Source: Octopus sinensis (Eukaryota). From it: a DNA stretch of 60,707 nt. Shown piece after piece: positions 38,401-51,881 of the stretch. The translations under genes and the position numbers were made by a program. The DNA is taken from NCBI RefSeq assembly GCF_006345805.1, contig NW_021832549.1:1-60707 (forward strand), written 5' to 3'. Below the pieces are notes generated by a model. The model searched no databases and had not been told where the DNA came from. It saw only the letters and a list, made by a program, of their open reading frames with translations. Each line of letters opens with the position of its first letter. The first letter of the stretch is position 1.

Positions 38401-38779
38401 GGAAGGGCATCCAGCTGTAGAAACTCTGCCAGATCAAGATTGGAGCCTGGTGCAGCCATCTGGTTTGCCAACCCTCAGCCAAAATCGTCCAACCCATGCT
38501 AGCATGGAAAGCGGACGTTAAACAATGATGATGATGATGAGGATTCCTGAAGACAGACTCTGGCAAACCTTGTAAATTCCATGAACAGTTGCTCTTAGCC
38601 CTGAATCCTACTCAGAGGTTTAGAATGTTATTAAAGCTGGTTTGTCAATCTGATGGTACAGGAACGAAGATAGAAAAAAGGCAATGATTTCAAAGAATTT
38701 GGTTGCTATTTCCAGCATGTCTGATGTTGGATATAGGTGTTGATGTTACGTTGTGGCTTTCAAACCCTGCTGATGTCTG

Positions 38780-39300
38780 CTCTTCCTTTTGTCGTTCTGT
38801 GGTTGATAAAGTATCAAAATTTAGGGAGCAATTATCTCTGTTGGCAACAAAAGGTCTCTCTGTCTCTCTCCATCTCCCTGAGAGTGAAGGGCAGCTTGTG
38901 TAATGCATGTGTATGAACAGCTCTGCTACATGGCAGTGAAGCATGAGCCATGAATGCAGAGGATATGCAAAGACTAGTCAGGAAGGAAGGAAGGAAGCTC
39001 TGCTGGATGTGCAGTGTTTGCCTTCGTTTATGACAGTGCAAAATGTGTTGAGAGAAGAACTCTGTGCTTAAGAGGTTTTAGATGTAGTGTGAGAGAGGGG
39101 ACTGCATTGGTATGGAGATAGGTGGCGGACATGTGCATAAAGAAGAGCTAATCGCCAAACATGGATGGAACGTGTAGAAGGGAGAGATCCAGGAAAATGG
39201 AGGACAAAGTAGTGAAACCTGACTTTGAGATTTTGGGTCTCAAGAAGAAGATGAAAAAGGATCAAGATGAATGATGATTTGTAGTGCCTAAGAAGACCTG
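38780..39300 (+). mobile_element. Decayed RTE fragment
   Basis: KFREQLSLLATKGLS, LLHGSEA and LHWYG remnants. Confidence 0.7.
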
Positions 39301-40229
39301 TTCACCTCAGCAGTCCTAAAAACTCCCTAATCTGCATCTCTCAAGTCTTCCCTGCAACTTATTTTGATTACAGCCATCCTCCACTCACCCCTTCTGACGA
39401 TGACACTATTTCCTCAGCTGCTGTATTCATATGAGAGCAGAATTGTACATATTCCTTCCCCCTTTTTTTGTATTACCTCTCATCCCTTTCCTAGAAACTG
39501 CTCCCCTTGCTACCCCTCCCTCACTCCCAACACTGTCCTTTATCACTGGAGTGTGGGGCAAATCCCACCATGGCCTCCTACCAGGGTAACACCATCTTAT
39601 TCATGGGTGCCAAGTGAGAAGAGGTCCACACTTTTTGCAAGTTTTCTGCTCAGGTCCCCTGTTTGGTGATACTGGCATCTCTTGGAGACCCTATGTGAGG
39701 GGGTGATGGTCACTGTCCCTCTCCCTTTCTTCATTATAAACAGAGCAAACCAATGTGTGGGTGGGTGCTGGCGTGGCTGGGGTAAGAAGTTTGCTTCCCA
39801 ACCAAATGGTTCCAGGTTCAGTCCCACTGTGTGGCCCCTTGGGCAAATGCATTGGGCTGACTAAAATCTTGTGGGTGGATTTGGTAGATGGAAACTGAAA
39901 GAAGCCTTTCATATATATATCTGTGTGTATGTATCTTTGTCCCCAATCACCACTTGACAACTAGTGTTGGTGTGTTTACATCCCTGTAACTTAGTGGTTC
40001 AGCAAAAGAGACCAATAAAATATGTACCAGGCTTAAAAGTAATAAATACTGGGGTCAATTGGTTTGGTTAAAATTCTTCAAGGTGGTGCCCCAGCATGGT
40101 CACAACCTAATGAACTGAAACAAGTTAAAGAAGAAAGAAAAGATGTGTGTGTGTATATCTATATTTATATACATATACTTTTTTTTTCAGTGTTTATTTC
40201 AAGTGCCGGTGCCCTTAAAGACCCAGAAT

Positions 40230-40295
40230 ATGGACCCTGAATATGAGAAACGTCTTTTACGACAACAAAATGGACAGAACTCACCATATTCATCT
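40230..40295 (+). CDS. FZR1: FZR1 coding exon 1 ([22 protein letters not shown]); acceptor at 40190, 5'UTR 40191-40229
   Basis: tttttttcag acceptor, ATG at 40230, GTAAGT donor. Confidence 0.93.
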
Positions 40296-41853
40296 GTAAG
40301 TATCTCATTTCTTATTAGTGTGTGTGTGTGTGTGTGTATATATAAAGTTAGGTATTGAAATATGTTGTCTCTTCTTGTCTTCCTGATTACTAACCTTGTT
40401 CACGATTTCCATCTGGTTACATTCAATTGAAGAATTAGATTTTTCTGTTATATATATATGGACACACACACACATATATGTATATTAATATAAATACATG
40501 AAAGTACATGAAGTTTGTTAAAAAAAAAAGGGGATCGTGTATATACCTCCTGGCTGTTGAGATTATAACACCTCGTTGTAAACAATGTTCCTTGTTTTTC
40601 CTTGTGGAGCAAATACAAAAAGGTTTCTTTTGGTTCCTACTCTTGAGCAGCCAACATACAGTTGCCCATGCGAGAAGCAGGACTCTTCCAAGAGAAGACC
40701 AGCTACAGAGAGGGTTTGACCCTGAGATTTGTTAATGGACATGGCAAAGCTGACACAAAGAAGGAATTGCAGTCTTCTGAATGTAAATGGAATTTCTGCT
40801 CCTGATGGAGTAAGAGGAATTCTTGGAATAAAGACGTCATCACCTTTTCCACATCCAGAAAGAATGATCGCCTCGATAACTTGTGACCTCATTTTCTTTA
40901 TCACCAGTCGTGTTCCATTGCAAAGTCTTGGTGGTTCCTGATTGCGGAGTAGCATTACAGGAGTTCCAACTTTAAGTGGTAATATGTGTGGAGGTAGTCC
41001 AGGAGGCTCCAGTGAATTGAGAAATTCAGGAGGATAGTTCACAACTTCATTTATATCTGGAATTGTATCAACAGACTTGTAAGTGTGTATAGTGCCAGGA
41101 AGAGAATGCATTAGCTGTTGATTAATTTTGTTAACAGTGACGTTTTTTGGAGCTAATATTGCTCTTTCACACAGCCAATTGTGATTTTGGTAGTTTTGTG
41201 TGAAGTTGGGAAAGACTTTGTTTTTGAGGTCATCTACAGAATTAACAACAGAGGAAAATGACCACACTTCCATTTGTCCTGCAGCATCGAGAGACATCTT
41301 GCCTTCACCAAGTATCAAAATGTCCTGTGCAAACTTTGTGGCTGTGTGCTAGAGAAAACTGTCCGATGAACGGCAACGGGAAACTCAGAGTAACAGGTTT
41401 TGTTGAATTTTCTGCTGCTTTAAATAAAGAATATATTTATATATATAGGCGCAGGAGTGGCTGACTGGTAAGTAGCTTGTTTACCAACCACATGATTCTG
41501 GGTTCAGTCCCACTGCATGGCACCTTGGGCAAGTGTCTTCTACTATAGCCTCGGGCCGACCAAAGCCTTGTGAGTGGATTTGGTAGACGGAAACTGAAAG
41601 AAGCCTGTTGTGTGTGTATATATATATATATATATGCATGTGTGTGTTTGTGTGTCTGTGTTTGTCCCCCTAGCATTGCTTGACAACCGATGATGGTGTG
41701 TTTATGTCCCCGTTACTTAGCGGTTCGGCAAAAAAGTCCGATAGAATAAGTACTGGGCTTACAAAAGAATAAGTCCTGGGGTCGAGTTGCTCGATTAAAG
41801 GCGGTGCTCCAGCATGGCCACAGTCAATTGACTGAAACAAGTAAAAGATAAAG

Positions 41854-41894
<41 letters not shown>

Positions 41895-44463
41895 TATGTA
41901 TGTATAGCTTAATGATGATATGAATATATACCTTGATGATGTGTGTCTCTTATTTGACCCCATCTCTAACCAAACCAATATTTCTTCTTCTCTTTTTCCA
42001 GCCAATTCCAGGAAGCAGCCCAGCAGCTTCACCAAGTAAAGAGAAATATGGAGACCGTTTCATTCCCAGCCGTGCCGGTTCCAATTGGATTGTTAACTTC
42101 AATATGATTCAGGTGAACACTTGTTGTTATTGCTTTATAATTTAACACCACCTCCAACCCTGGTCCTCTCACTCCCCCTGTCCTGTTACACCACCCTCTG
42201 GTCACTGGGTGACTGGCTTTTCACACCACCCCTGCTTTATCCCGAAGTGTCTTTAGTGGTGGTCACCATGCTATTGTTGCATCACTCACCCACTGCCCAT
42301 GATTTTTTCTTGCAACTGGTCCCAGATAGTCCTTAATTTCAGCAGGGTGTACTTTACAACATCACCACTCCCTGGACGCTAGGTCTTATACCATCATTTG
42401 GTTCCTGTGTGGTTTGTCAAACACACCACCGCCTGGTCCTTGCGTGGTGACCTGCCTTCCACCACCACCACCACCACCACCACCATCACCATGTGGTCCT
42501 TGGGTGTCTATAGTGGTGAGCACTCCCTACCAAGTACTTGAACCAGGAACCTGCTATTCTCAACCCCCATCAGTCTCCTACTGACCCTTAAATTTATAAA
42601 TACCCATAAGGTCCACTAGGTTTAGTGGAAAACTTTCAAATAACAGAAACAAGTTGATAATTAAACTTTGATGACCGCACACGCACACACACACACTGAG
42701 CAACCTTATGACCCTAGCCCTTGTGCATATTGTGTGTTTGTATGTTTGGATGTCTGTACTCGTCTGTGTGTATTTGTGTACAAGCGTGTTTATGCATGTC
42801 CATGTGTCTATATACGTGTACATGAGTCTGTGTGTGTGTCCATGTCCAATCCATTGTAAACTAGAAACCAAACAACAGCACAAGGCCTCGTGGATCAGGT
42901 GTTGTGGGTGAGGTACTGCCATGATTCCGTGTTCTTGAGTTCACTTCCTAACTTGGGTTAGGTGTTGTTTCCTTGAGCAAGACACTTCGTTTCACATCGC
43001 TCCAGTCTACTCAGCTGTGAATGTGTACAGACATAGCACAGCTCTCTCTGTCTTTCTCATCCCGCCCCCTCCTGTTGTCAGCATCTCTGATGTGCCTCTG
43101 AGTCAAAGGTCAGTATGTCGGAAGAGTGTTTGCCTGCTCCCAACTACATAGGGATCTACAGCAGCCAGGGAGAGCGTGGTGCATGTCCTCAGGTCCTTCT
43201 TAAATCTCAGTGATTGCGCTAATTAATAAAACTAACAGTGTGTTTGTATGTCGTTAACCCTGCAATTGCCTGAGTGTGTAGTTGACCCTGCCATATTTGT
43301 TTTGTGAGCTGGCAGAATCATTAGCACGTCGGGCGAAATGCGTAGCCGTATTTCGTCTGCCGTTACGTTCTGAGTTCAAATTCCGCCGAGGTTGACTTTG
43401 CCTTTCATCCTTTCGGGGTCGATTAAATAAGTACCAGTTACGCACTGGGGTCGATATAATCGACTTAATCCGTTTGTCTGTCCTTGTTTGTCCTCTCTGT
43501 GTTTAGTCCCTTGTGGGTAGTAAAGAAATGCATATTTGTTTTGTGTGTGTGTGTGTGGTCCCTTCTGGAAAGAAATCAAAACAATAAAACTGATGTTGGT
43601 GTTGTAGGACAGTCCTCCATCTCTCAACCAAACCCGCAAGGCCAAAGAATCGAACCCTGATGGTGGTAAAGATGGTCTTGCCTACACCTGTCTCCTAAAG
43701 AACGAACTCCTCTCGGCTGGGATTGAAGATATCAAGGTTGGTCGCTTTCTTTGTTATTGTTGAACCTCGTCACCTTCTTCGAAGTGGGTAATGCCTTTCC
43801 TTTCCAATCTTCCATAAAAGAAAAAAATGTCCAGCCACAGTGAAATTATTACCTTGGTTGGAAACAGGTGAGGGTTGGAAGCAGGAAAGGCACCCAGCTG
43901 TAGTAAAATCTGCTTCAATAAATTACATCTGGCCCCTTCCATAATTATTGTTATCAATAATAATATTTGTCTTGTTTGTATCTTGTTGCAGGACCAACAA
44001 CCTGATGACCGCCGAATTCTTGTTCCTAAGGAGAGTCGTAACTTGTTCAAGGTAATTGCACCTGGAATAACTTCTGCTAGAAATAGCAGTTAAATTGCAT
44101 TCTACTTTCTTGTAAATGAAAGACACATTAGATAATGTAATCTTAGATACACTATGTCTGAATAAAACATGGGTTGGTCATGGGTGGAACATCTTTGATC
44201 ATAAGTCTGTTGGATCAAAACTGACCTGGGGTTAAACAACCCCACACCTCCCTCTATTATGTCTTGAGTGATGTCCTTCTTTTTCTACATTGCAGTATTA
44301 TGTTCCCCGGCGCAGTCCTGACGCTGCAGATTCGTCTCCTTATTCTCTCTCCCCTGTCGGAAGTAAAAGTCAAAAGCTGCTGCGTTCACCTCGGAAGGTA
44401 AGTCCAACGCTGTGTCATTTACAGTTTGACCCTACACGTGTGTGAATATTGTGTGTGTGTGTG

Positions 44464-44502
<39 letters not shown>

Positions 44503-47500
44503 ATTTAGGGCTAAAAAACCACTAGGTGGATAGCCATATGCTAGAAGAAGATCATATATGATCTAACTACAAAGAAAGAATGTTCTCCTGAGAAAATTCT
44601 GGTGTTTGCTGAATTTTCTCTGGAGAACATTCTTTCTTTGTAGTTAGATCGTTTGTGATCTTCTTCTAGCATATGGCTATCCACCTAGTGGTTTTTTAGC
44701 CCTAAATATACACATGTATTGAAACTTTTTGTGATTTTTCAGATTTTTTATATGCTAGGCTACTGGTTTTAAATTGTTATTAATTAAATTAATATTCAAT
44801 TTATCTCCCTCATTATATATATATATATATATATATACACATACACATACATACATACATACACATATATACATACATACATACACATATATATATACAT
44901 ACATACATACATACACATATATACACACATACATACATACACACATATATGCTCATTGTATGCAAATATCTAGTTTTATATACACACACATCAATTGTAA
45001 TAATGAAGTGAAACCAGAAAGTGATATTTTGAAATCGTTTAATGCATCTGTTTTAGGTGTGTGTGATATATCTGATAGGATGTATATATATATATATATA
45101 TATAATAGGAAATGCATCCGTTATGTAAGACTTTCTTTGGTTAAAACATTTCAAAATTCTGGTAACATCTCCATTGATGTTATTAAAGTGTTACTCGATG
45201 TTGTGTTCAACTCTCTCTCTCTCTCTCTCTCTCTCCTCAAACAGGCCATGAGAAAGATATCAAAAATTCCCTTCAAGGTTCTTGATGCCCCAGAACTCCA
45301 AGACGATTTCTATTTGAATTTAGTCGACTGGTCATCACAGAATGTTCTTAGTGTCGGTTTAGGCACTTGTGTTTATTTGTGGAGTGCATGTACTAGCCAG
45401 GTAAGTGACCCTCTTATGTCTGTGTGTATGTATATATATATATAATGTGTGCACAACACAGTTTATTAAAAAATCTAAGAGAAAGTAAAACAAGAGTTTT
45501 CAAGTCTTTTGCTGTGGAACTTAAAACCGATATAAATACATCTGGTTGTTCTCTTCATACACAAAAAATAAAGGAGATTGCTCTGGTCTTAGAATGACCT
45601 TATAGTAAATAGCCATTTATATTAAGTAGAAACTGGAATTCACTTGTCATTGCTAGGCTAATTTGCATAGGAGACATTGGGGCAGGGGCAGGATTGATTA
45701 TTTATGTATAGCACTCTGTGAGAAACGTTTAATATTTGTGACAGCTGAGACAACAGAGTGCAATAGGTATAGGTGCACAGTCCTGGTGCACTGTGGAAAT
45801 GGTGAATGCTGCTACTACTACTACTACTACTTATTATTATTATTATTATTATTATAGTGACATTTTGTTTGTTTTTGTTCTTAGTTCAAATTCCATCAAG
45901 GTTGACTTTGGCCTCAATCTAAAGGACCAAAGGCCAAATTCCAGACTTTGTGTCTATTGTAGAATGGATATTTATTATTATTGTTATAAAGGTAGAGAGT
46001 TGGCAGAATCGTTAGCATGTTGGACGAAATGCTTAGCAGTATTTCGTCTGTCTTCGTGTTCTGAATTCAGATGTCACTGGGGTTGACTTTGCCTTTCATC
46101 CTTTTGGGCTTGATAAATGAAGTACCAGTTATGTACTGGTATCAATATTAATTGACTTAATCCCTTCCCCCCAAATTTGAGGCCTTGTGTTTCCAGGAGA
46201 AAGGATTATTATTATTAAACACTGGAATTTGTGCCAACAGAATAATGGTGGTACAAGTACTGAACCTCTTATCTGGCAACCTTGGGACCAGAGGTGGTCT
46301 GGATTTCGGGACACAGGCTATATATACTGAAAATATAAAATAAACAATGTAAAGTAAAAAAACAAAATTGTATAACATACAAATGAATACATTTCTAAAG
46401 TAGGGTCTGTTTCATTTTTATTAAGCCCCTTAAAATTCTTTAAACTGAAACTAAGCAGCCGCGTGGGGAACTACTACAGCCCATGAAATTCAAAGTTTGC
46501 CAGTTTCAAAAATTACCGGATTACTAGTAATTCCAGATTTCTGGATTCTGGATAAGAGGTTTGGTACCTGTACAAGCAAATCCAGAAAAGGGGTCAGAAA
46601 AATGCTAAAGCCACCATACTCTGAAACACATCAATGCAAATAGACTGCGAGATAAGGTTAACTGACCAGATATTGTTGTCAGGGACAACTGGAGAAAATT
46701 GCTTCCTAATCATCATATCTGTTCCAAAAGAAAATGTATCGGAGAAATTATCTAAACACAAAGATCTGAAAATAGAGACAACATGAATCTGGAGATCTGA
46801 AAACAAACAATCCCTATAATAGTGATTTGGGTATGGTCAGAAAACTCGCCGACAAATACATAACCAAAACCCCAGGACTTATATATATATATATATATAT
46901 ATAACCCACAGAAAACAGCATTGCTAGGCATCGTGCATGGCCAAGGCACACAGAGCTGTGCTTGGTAGTGCAATGAAAGCACATATTCACTATAAGACTA
47001 CTGAATAATGATAATGATGATGATAATCCTTTCTACTAAAGGCACAAGGCCTGAAATTTTCAGGGAAGGGGTAAGTTGATTTCATTGACCCCAGTGGTTG
47101 ACTGGTACTTATTTTATTGACCTCAAGAGGATGAAAGGCAAAGTTGACCTCAGCTGAATTTGAACTCAGAATGTGAAGAAGGACAAAATTCTGCTAAGCA
47201 TTTCGGCCAGTATGCTAACAATTCTGCCAGCTTACCGCAACAGAGTGGCCCAAAACCTCCACTGGCCACTCTGCCGTAAGTATGGGTATGAGGTTATGGG
47301 TGCTTGGTACCAACATACACCGGAAAAGGTAATGGATGAAAAGGGGAAGGTAAAAATCGTCTGGGACTTTGATTTCCAGACAGACAAGGTGTTAGAGCCC
47401 CGAAAGCCGGATATAGTAACCCTTAAGAGGAATGACAAACAAAAGTGCCTAATAATTGACGTGGTGGTGTCAGGAGATGAACATATCATCATGAAAGAAA

Positions 47501-48889
47501 GAGAGAAAAGGTTGATAAATATGGAGACCTGAGAATTGAGATTGCTAAGATGTGGCAGCTACGAGAGTGGAACATAAAGGTTATCTCTATTGTGAACCAA
47601 GCATTGGGTTCAATACCAACCAATCTGAAAAACCATCTGAAAACCTTAGAAATACCCTTCAATCTAGATGTATTGCAAAAGTCGGTATTACTTGGAACTG
47701 CATGCATATTGCGTAAAGTAGTGTCTGTCTGAGGTCCTTGTTGTGACTTGACAAACAGTGCAAACCCCCAACAGACACAATATCTTCAATCAACAACCTC
47801 ACGATATTGTATACTGTGCAACCTCTGTAATAATAAATAATTATCCTTTTTACTCTAGGCACAAGGCCTGAAATTTGGGGGAGGGTGGGGTCTAGTCGGT
47901 TACCTTGACCCCAGTGTTTTGCTGGTACTTAATTTATTGATCCCCAAAAGGATGAAAGGCAAAGTCGACCTCAGTGGAATTTGAACTCAGAATATAGCGA
48001 TGGATGAAATACCATCAAGCATTTCGTCCAGCGTGTGAATGCTTGCTGCCTTAAATAATAATAATAAATAGTGGCTTCAATTTTTTGCACAAAGGGAGCA
48101 GTTTCAGGGGTTCAGGGTTCCATTCACCTCTTCAGTATATGACTCTGATACTTTATTTTATTGACCCCCCCAATATGAAAGGCAAAGTCCACCCAGGTGG
48201 AAATTGAACTCGGAACTAAACAGCTGGAAGAAATGCCTCTAAGCATTCTGTCTGACCCTTGTTAGACATTCTACCAGCTTACTACTACTACTACTAATAA
48301 TAATAATCCTTTCCACAGGAAGCACAAAGCCTCAAATTTGGGGGAAGGGATTAATGTGATTACATCGACCACCAGTGTGTAACTGGTACTTATTTAATTG
48401 ACCCTGAAAGAATGGAAGGCAAAGCTGACCCCAGCAGAATAATAATAATTGTTTGTTGTTGTTGTTGTTGTAGGTGACACGGCTTTGTGACCTGGCTTCT
48501 GATGGAGATTCTGTAACAGCTGTATCTTGGGCTGAAAGGGTGAGTTTCATCATCATCACTATCATCCTCCTTCTCTTCCTCTTCCTCAGCTCCCCCTTCC
48601 CTCCTCATCTTCCCCTCCTCTTCTTCCCCCCTCTCTCCTCATCTCCCCCCTTCCCTCCTCAGCATCCTCATCTTCCCCCTTCCCTCCTCAGCATCCTCAT
48701 CTTCCCCCCCTTCCCTCCTCATCTTCCCCTCCACTTCTTCCTCAGCATCCTCATCTTCTCCCTCCTCTCCCTCCTCATCCTCACCTCTCTTTCTCTTCCT
48801 AACCATCATCACTTCCACCTCCACCACCAGCTGGTCTTTCTCTTGTTATGTGTGTGATTGCATATGACATTTGCTTGCTGTGTGTTTGC

Positions 48890-48921
<32 letters not shown>

Positions 48922-51840
48922 TGTATAATATATATGTGTGTCCCCCCCGCTTCACCCAGGTCTCTCAGGGTGTTTTTTTGTTTCTGTTGTAGGGTCATCT
49001 GGTTGCCGTGGGAACCCACAAAGGTTATGTCCAGATTTGGGATGTAACTGCAAACAAGAAAATCAACACACTGGAAGGTCACACAGCTCGCGTTGGTAAG
49101 TGGAAGGGTTTGAGTTCAATACTTTCTGGGGCCAGGGGTGGGTTAGTGAGTCTGCTAGAAATAGCAGCCAGATGTCCATCGAACCGCATACTGCAGCATT
49201 ACCGTATCTGTGTCAACACCACACTACACACTACTGACACGACAATAACAAAGGAGGAGGTCACATCAGATTATGTAGTCCTAGATACACTATGCCTGTT
49301 TTTGTTTCGTTTCAGGAGCATTGGCTTGGAATGCTGACATACTGTCTTCTGGTAGTAGAGACCGTCTGATCCTTCAAAGAGATATACGCACCCCTTCTTT
49401 AGCCCCAGAGAGAAAGTTGACTGGACACAGGCAAGAGGTAATTATTTTGGGTCATCAGTGCCCCTTCTGCATTCATCCCAGTCCCTGTCTCTCTATCCAT
49501 CTGTCCCCACCTGTTCCCCTTTTCCATCCCTCTTGACCATTTCTCTCTTATTCACCTTCTTCTTGCTTTTCTGGCTGCGGTGGCCATGTATCTCCTCTCA
49601 TACGAGACACCTGGACCTGTCCCTTTTTTTTTATACTGACCCCTTTTCTTCACTTCTCTCAGTGCTACTCCTCACTTCAGTGAAGGGGATTTCTGTCTTG
49701 CAAATTACTTGGTAACCTCATTAATTGCTGGTGCCACATAAAAAGCACCCAGCACCCTTTGAGAGGTGGTGGACATTAGGAAGGGCAACCAGCCATTGAA
49801 ATCCTGCCAAAGTAAACATTGGGACTTGGCACAGTCCTTTGGCTTGTTGGATCCTTTCGAACCATCCAACCCATGCCAGCATGGAAAAGGGACATTAAAT
49901 GATAATGATGATAACAGAGACAAGGTAATCAAATCATTTCTCTTTGATGTTTTAATTAACAAGACAATGATATCATCATTGCCATTGTCATTTTAAAGTT
50001 TACTTTTCCATGTTTGCATGGGTCAAATGAAAGTTTTTTGTGGCTGGATGCTCTTCCTAGCATGAATCCCTGTCTTGTCTCAAACCAAGTGATAATATCC
50101 CAGTCAATTGAACAACCCAGACATGTTTTATGTTAGTTAGTTAATTTTTGGCTCAAAAAGCAAAAAGCAAGGCCATGTAGGGGGATATGGAGTTATGTAC
50201 AGGGTGGTTTTCATGCAAAGAGTTCAGGCCACTTGAGGTCAAGGGAGACTTTGAACCGAGCGGTCGTCGGCATCTTCACCATCTCATCTGGCAGCTTGTT
50301 CCACAGATCCGCAACCCGGACGGAGAAAGCCCCTCTCCTTCGATTGAGATGAAATCGTCGCAGGTAGAGCTTTGCGGAATGACCCCGCAGCCGACGCTCT
50401 GGATCAGGAGTGAAGAACAGCTCTTTCGAGAGGTTACACTTTCCACTTATGATGTTGTGAGCAAGAATGAGATCTCCACGGCGGCGGCGTTTTTCAAGAG
50501 AATAAAGGTCGAGCATCTTCAGCCTTTCTTCATAAGACAAATGCTTGAGACCAAGAACCATGTGGGTAGCCAGCTTCTGGACTCTTTCGAGATGCTGACA
50601 CCTTATGGATGAACCTTTTGTTTACAAAGAAAGTACATGTGAAGACACGTTGAGAAGCTTAGTGTGCTTTCATGGTGGACAGCAAGCGAATGATTTCGTT
50701 AGTGAAGCCAATGTTAATGAGCAGTAAGTAATTAAGAGAAATACGAAAATCATTCACACATGCACACACCTGTCTGTCTGTCTCGCTAAAAAACAGGCTT
50801 CCATACAGTTTCCATCTACCAGATTCACTTACAAGAGAAATGGCAGAGCTGTCTACCTTGGACTACACGAGAGAGAGAGTACCATCAATTGCTGCTGTTA
50901 ATGTCTCCTTGTTCAGTTTTGATAATCACAAGACATCAATGAATCATCATCATCATTTAATGTCCGTTTATCCATGCTGGCATGGGTTGGACAGTTTGAC
51001 CAGGGTTGGTCAGCTGGAAGGCTGCACCAGACTCCAGTCTGATTTGGCAGGGTTTTCTATGTCTGGATGCCCTTCCTAACACCAACCACTCCAAGAGTGT
51101 AATGGGTGCTTTTATGTGTCACTTGCGTGACACTGGTATCTGCCACGACTGCGATTTTGCTCGGCTTGATGGTTCTTCTTCTCAAGCAATGTCAGAGGTC
51201 TGAGTCATTGACTCTGTGAGGCCTATATTATTAAAAGTAGGCTTAAAAATGGTGTGGAGTGTTTGGACACACGGACACACCCAGAGTCTTTCTAACCAAC
51301 TAAACTACTGTTGTTTTTCTTCTATTTTCCCAGGTGTGTGGTCTCAAGTGGTCCCCTGACCACCAACACCTGGCCTCAGGTGGCAACGATAACAAACTGT
51401 TTGTATGGAATGTGACCAGTGTGAGCCCTGTGCAGACCTACACGGAACACCTAGCAGCCGTTAAGGCCATAGCCTGGTCCCCACACCAACACGGTCTGCT
51501 GGCCAGTGGTGGAGGCACAGCTGACCGCTGTATGAGATTCTGGAACACCCTCACTGGTCAGCCCCTACAGTGTGTCGACACTGGATCACAAGTCTGTAAC
51601 TTAGCCTGGTCCAAACATTCTAACGAGTTGGTAAGTTCGTTTTAATTAACAACCATTTTAATTACTATCTTTTTTACCTTAACAGGCATCATTATCATCA
51701 TCAAAGTTATCATCTTCTACACCACCCCACACACTCCCATCACCACCACCACCACCACTACTACTACTCCCCAACCACAATGCACCACCATTATATATAC
51801 ACAGACATATACACAAACACCTATATACTACACACACATA

Positions 51841-51881
<41 letters not shown>

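Noticed and set aside
38541-38580. CTGAAGA-CAGACTCTG-GCAAAC..GTA hammerhead-like string
   Set aside because: Needs two extra bases inside the core; compatible with chance
44774-45445. 223-aa ORF
   Set aside because: Microsatellite read-through into FZR1 exon 6; only 45245-45400 is coding
48474-48857. Pro/Leu-rich and Glu-rich ORFs after exon 7
   Set aside because: Translations of an intronic polypyrimidine repeat
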